The position numbers were made by a program, and so were the translations under genes. A stretch of 64,000 nucleotides of DNA from Vitrella brassicaformis CCMP3155 (lineage: Eukaryota; Protista; Chromerida): contig CDMY01000276.1 of NCBI GenBank assembly GCA_001179505.1, positions 62,001-126,000 on the forward strand. The letters run 5' to 3'. Below, piece by piece: positions 59,501 through 64,000 of the stretch (the first letter of the stretch is position 1; the number at the start of each line of letters is the position of its first letter). Below the pieces are notes generated by a model, which was not told the DNA's origin, did not search any database, and was given only the letters and a program-made list of their open reading frames with translations.

Positions 59501-60884
59501 CTGCCTGGGATCCCGAGTGACAGTGCTCAGGGGGGCCGGGGGCAGCAGCAGCGGCCCGTGCGGCCCGTCCTCACCAAACGGCCCACTTCTCATGGCTGGA
59601 GCAAACGTATGGAAGCCAACCAGCAAAGCCAGCATGACGCATCCACTGCCTCTCTCTCTCCCTCTCCCTCTCTCATCGTCTGCTCTCTGTCTGTCTGTTT
59701 GTCAGTGCCCGAGTCGCTGCGGGCGGCCGTGACCCAGCAGTCGCGTGAGACCATCGATCGCTACAAGCAGGAGCAGCAGGCCCTGGCCCCTGACAAGAAG
59801 AGCATACCCTCCCTCAGGATCGCCTTCAAACCAGACCGAGGCCACTTCCGCGCCAAGGGCCCTCACGACATGTCAGACCGGACCTTCCCCGTTGTAGCAC
59901 CCTACGGCACCGATCAGGTGGACAAGGCCTTCAGCGAGGCCCTGCTGTATCGCTGGGGCGTCATAGTCCCTGAGGAGGCTTATGCAATTCCCACTTTAGA
60001 AGAGGGGGGCGGAGAGAGCGGCACCACCCACACCAACAAGAGGCCACACGAGGAGGGAGAGGCCGACCAGGGTACGTATGCGTTGTGGGCGTGTCGGAGG
60101 GTGTTGGTGTGACGTTGTCGATATGTCTGTGTGTGTGGTTGCAGATGGTGCGCCTGATGGCGATGCTTGTGGGTCGTCCGAGCCTGCAAAGGCCAAGACG
60201 AAGAGGCGGAAAAGAGACAAGGGTGAGCCCCCCTGCTTCGTCGATTGCCCCTCTTTGATCCAATCTGTCTGCCTCTTTGTGTTGTGTGTTGTGTGTGTAT
60301 TATGGATGTCACACAGAGGATGGCGACGGTGACGGTGATGAGGATGGTGTGTACCACAGCATGCCGGAGGCTGTGGGTGCGTCGGAGGGTTTCTCTGAGG
60401 CCTTCCAGGCCACGCACAACGACATAAAGGCCAAGGGCAAAGAGATGGTCGGGCTGTACCGGCAGCAGCTTCAGCTGGAGGATCCCAACGCACACGCACA
60501 CATATTCTTCTCTGCCGGTCAGTCAGTCAGTTTGGTCGCACACACCCCCCACGCCCATCCATCCTTATCTCTGTGTGTGTGTCTGCGTGTCTATCGGCAG
60601 AGAACGTGCCCCGCCGTGGTGTCAAATATATCTACACGTGTTGGGTCAAGCCCGTGCGTCGCCAGAAGGTGACTGTGGGAACCCTCTCCACCGACACGCT
60701 GGCTGACCAAGCCAAGACGCAGGAGCTCTACGACAAGCTTGCGAGCAAGTTCCAGGAGGCCGTGGCCATCCGACAGCAGCAGCTGGCCCTCAAGCAGACC
60801 ATCTATGGCAGCTCTGCAGGCAAGGGTCGGAATGCACTCAAGGCCGGGACCACGACAGAAGAGGAGAAAGAAGCCGATGAGTGA
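56546..60884 (+). CDS. Multi-repeat protein with about six divergent AP2-like (ApiAP2-type) domains; putative DNA-binding factor
   Basis: Repeats end in a conserved helix: DAFLRALAWRD, QVLAEAMALRD, GAFAQAVALRD, KAFSEALLYR, SKFQEAVAIR. One unit reads LPPSIRLSFSPHELCWRVISLTPTCRTTKDYF. The gene model is solid; the AP2 assignment is by pattern only. Confidence 0.6.
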
Positions 60885-61855
60885 CTGAATGAATGGCGGG
60901 AGGGGAGGGCAGGAGGTGACTGCATGAGCTCACGACGGACGCTGTGCTGTGCGCTGCGTGGTCGGTTGCTTACAGGGAGAGGGAGGGGGTCGTCTATGGT
61001 ATTGCAATCATTATGTGCATTCAGATCCATCCATCCATCCGTCGATGTGTGTCGCAGGCAGGGCAGGGCAGCGCAGATGGGGTGGGAGGGAGGGAGCGGC
61101 TCGGGTCTGTCTTGTGCTGCCTGCCCGAGACAGCGAGCGATTGACTGACTGACTGACTGACCGACAGGCAGGCAGGCAGGCAGGCAGTCATGAATGCACC
61201 CATTTCTCAAACAAAGAGACTCGGCCCGCCCACATGACAGACAGACAGACAGACACCAAATATGACGATTCAACAAACGTCTCACAGCGTTCGTTGCACA
61301 TACCGATCGATCACTGTGCATTGCAATCCACACAGTCTCGCCTCAGCTAGTCAACTCGTCACTTTACGCGATGAAACCGAGCCATCCTGAGGAGACAGAC
61401 GTCTGAAGCAATCAGCCAGCCAGCCAGCCAGCCAACCACTTTCTGATTGTTGTGCATCCAATATGTGGCCCTCGAGGCCTCTGTGTCTCCAGGTTCTATA
61501 GGAAAGGTATTGAATGTCGGCGCATTTCTGGCGTGCCTCGTGGGTGGCAGGCAGGTGTGTCTCTCTCTCTCTCTGTCTCCATTTAGCGGAGCAAAATCAT
61601 GTCTGTCCGCCTTCTACTCAGAACACCAGAACAACACCCACAAGCTGACGTCACATCAGCTGCCTAATGCGTCAGACACACCCACCATGCCCCCAATCCA
61701 GTAAGCGACAAATATGCCATAATGCCCTCCAATTGTAAGGCCGCTTTGTGCCTCTTCAGCCAATGACACAAACAACCACAACAGCAGCTGTCTGGCCACT
61801 ATGCTTAATGTACAGCTCCCTCCCTCCCTGCCTGCCTCCTGTGTGGCCCGCTGGC

Positions 61856-63585
61856 TCAGCTCCCATGCGCTTTTGGCAGGAGTTCGTCGCCTGGGCAGGG
61901 ACCCTCGGCCGCCAGGGTGATGTCGTCATCCAGATACTGGCACTGAGCCACCTTCAAAAAGCACTGATTGCTGTACGTCACATTGTTGCTGCCGCACACC
62001 GGCTCCCAGACGGCTAGACATACTGTGGCACAGGCATCTGACACACTCAACCAGAGAGAGAGGGAGACATCGGCCGGGGCTCAGATCATGCCAGCCAGTG
62101 TGAGGCAGCAACGGTCATGCATGCCCACCGTCTTGCATAACGAGACACTCTGGATCCTCGGGTTCGTCGCACATGCGCTTTGTGCAGCTGTCCTCGTCGA
62201 TCAGGCCGTCATCGGTGCACTCGCACTCACCGCATCCGTCGAACATTGACACGCAGCCTTTGGGGCATTCACGTGCCGTCGTATTGTCAAAGTCGTCCAC
62301 TGCAGACACAGGTCACACATCGACAGACCAAGCATTTCTGGTGTTCGCTGTCATATACATCCCGGTGATAGCACACCATATTCCAAACACTCCGGAGGCT
62401 CCAAGATCTCTGGTGGGCAGAATCTAAGAGTGCAGGCCGCGAGGTCGCTGTCGGGGTCGCAGTGGCAATAATTGCACCCATCGAAAAACTGCCACACATC
62501 CAAATCCCTGCCTCACTTGTGTCCCCCCTGTGTGTGTGTGTGTGGATGTATGTGATGTGTTGGGCTTGCCTGAAGGCAGCCTGGCGGGCAGAAGGGGGTC
62601 GTCAGGTTTTCATCAGGCTCTGGGGTCGTCAGATTCTTTTCATCAGGCTCTTCGACTGCAGATACACACGCGCCACACACCCACCACCAAAGCAACAAGT
62701 ACACAACCACACGTCTGGGGCTCCCTTCAATTTCGGACACTTTCGCTAACCGAACCTGTACACCTGGGCGGCTTCTCAGTCCCCGGTGGGCAGAACCTCA
62801 GTGTGCATGCCTCCAGGCTGCCATCTTCGTCACACGTACAGCTGTTACACCCGTCGAACCACAACAGGCAGCCGGGTGGGCAGATGGGGGGCTGAAGGGT
62901 CACATTGAGAGGCTTCTCGTCCAACGCATCGCCGTCATCGGGCCCGATGAGGTCATCGTCTTTGCAAGGAGGGTCGTCCTTGCCACCGCCTCTCTTGGTG
63001 TCTGTCTTGTTGCTGTCCCGATGCCCGGCACCAGTGGCATTCCGGCAACACAGGGTGACTCGATCGTCGTTTGCCGGCGGTTCCTTGTTGAAATTGAACA
63101 GGGACTCGCTCCAGAAGCCAATCAGACGGGAGAGAGGTGCGAGGAAGGACACATCGTCGTCTCTCTCCTTGTCGCTGCTTCTTGCCTTTTTGACACCAGC
63201 TCCGACGGCCGAGAGAGTGTTCGCGTCCACACTGATGCATTCCGCAAGTGAGCACTCCTGTGTATCCTCCAAAGCCCCCGCAGCATCCTCCGTCGTGTTG
63301 AGGACGTTCAGGGCCTCTTGCAAGTCCTGACACCTCTGCACAGGCTTGCCGTTGTGGGTGAGGTGCAGCGCATTGACTCGGACGCATGACGAGGCCTCCG
63401 CAGTCAAGGCGCTGCACGTGGAGAAGAAGAAGAGGCAAATTCCCAGTCTGCAGAGGACACACAACATCAACAAAGGCTGACGCGACATTACGAAATGTGA
63501 CGCACCTTGCGAGAAATGAGAGGCAGGTCCAGTTGGTATCCGTGCAGCTTTGCAGGCGTACCCGCGGCGAAACAAGCGCGTTCAT
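61856..63585 (-). CDS. Secreted multi-headed protease inhibitor: three pacifastin-like C-x3-C-x3-FDGC-x2-C-x-C...CT-x3-C modules plus one Kazal domain; alternative start 63488
   Basis: CPPGCLLWFDGCNSCTCDEDGSLEACTLRFC, CPPGCLQFFDGCNYCHCDPDSDLAACTLRFC and CPKGCVSMFDGCGECECTDDGLIDEDSCTKRMC. Kazal CATVCLAVWEPVCGSNNVTYSNQCFLKVAQC...EGPC. Hydrophobic leader. Confidence 0.85.
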
Positions 63586-64000
63586 CTTCTTCCACTTTCA
63601 ACGGTCCCACACACTGTTCACGCTTAGCTCGCAATAATGGGCTAGGGTAGCCCCCAGTTAAGATCCGACCTGCCAATGAGACCAGCCGCTGTTTCCGTGA
63701 TGTGGATGGCGGGCAGTGCGAGTGATAACGTCCACCGTCAAAGAAATTGAGGCAGCTGAAGATGTCACGTCCGGAGCACCAGGGACCTCCAGAGTTGGTA
63801 AGCAGACCTACGAGCGGCTTTGTGCTCTCCCAAATGGCTTGATTTGTAGTTCTACGACGAGACCGAGGCAGAGAAGTATGCCTCGAGCTCACGAATGACC
63901 AGCATCCAGTCCAAGATGGCTGAGCGATGCCTCGAGCTTCTCCTGCTCCCCGAGGTACTCACACCGCACTGACCTCCTGAACGTTTCGGAAGTAACCGGG

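Larger units (their letters stand above)
1..64000. repeat. Pervasive intronic and intergenic microsatellites: (CA/TG)n, (GACA)n, (GATG)n, (GGCA)n, (GAGG)n, (CAGT)n, (AG/CT)n
   Basis: Examples: (TG)n 2597-2626, (CA)n 19431-19456, (GATG)n near 4553-4590, (CT)n 38798-38824. Confidence 0.95.

Noticed and set aside
61350-61800. Exon-like segments downstream of the Kazal stop (RHARNAPTFNTF...HNNQK / TSVSSGWLGFIA*)
   Set aside because: No convincing start or junction to the inhibitor gene. Too weak to call without RNA-seq.
63917-64000. Possible start of the next gene ([13 protein letters not shown]|gtactc)
   Set aside because: Too short and cut off by the window edge.
1-64000. Intact transposon or viral insertion
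   Set aside because: I saw no reverse transcriptase, integrase, transposase or capsid motifs, and no long terminal repeats.

Overview
This is an intron-rich, GC-rich eukaryotic window, not a prokaryotic one. The host is most likely a chromerid alveolate such as Vitrella brassicaformis. That is an inference from the short microsatellite-filled introns, signal+transit leaders on plastid proteins, an apicomplexan-style TAF2 with a bromodomain, AP2-like domains and flagellar genes. I spliced about 23 protein genes by hand from GT/GC-AG signals and recalled homology. They include LZTFL1, LSM3, TAF2, an FCP1-type CTD phosphatase, MIC10, plastid HCF101, MORN5, RFESD, a CPA antiporter with ACT-like domains, a fructosamine kinase, a divergent TauD-family dioxygenase, a SAM methyltransferase, a MYND protein, TBC1D20, a bacterial-type secreted protein, a six-repeat AP2-like protein, a pacifastin-like/Kazal inhibitor, and two paralogous secreted proteins with a shared N-terminus and unrelated C-termini. 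Four 300-N assembly gaps are present. I saw no rRNA, tRNA, CRISPR array or intact transposon. The most interesting signals are: (1) introns with 5' (CA)n and 3' (TG)n or other complementary tracts that could fold and bridge splice sites; (2) about 10 GC-AG introns; (3) inverted telomere-repeat units in very short divergent promoters; (4) the constant-N/variable-C paralog pair; (5) the tandem AP2-like protein. All family assignments are from memory, with no database searches. Gene coordinates run from start codon to stop and include introns.
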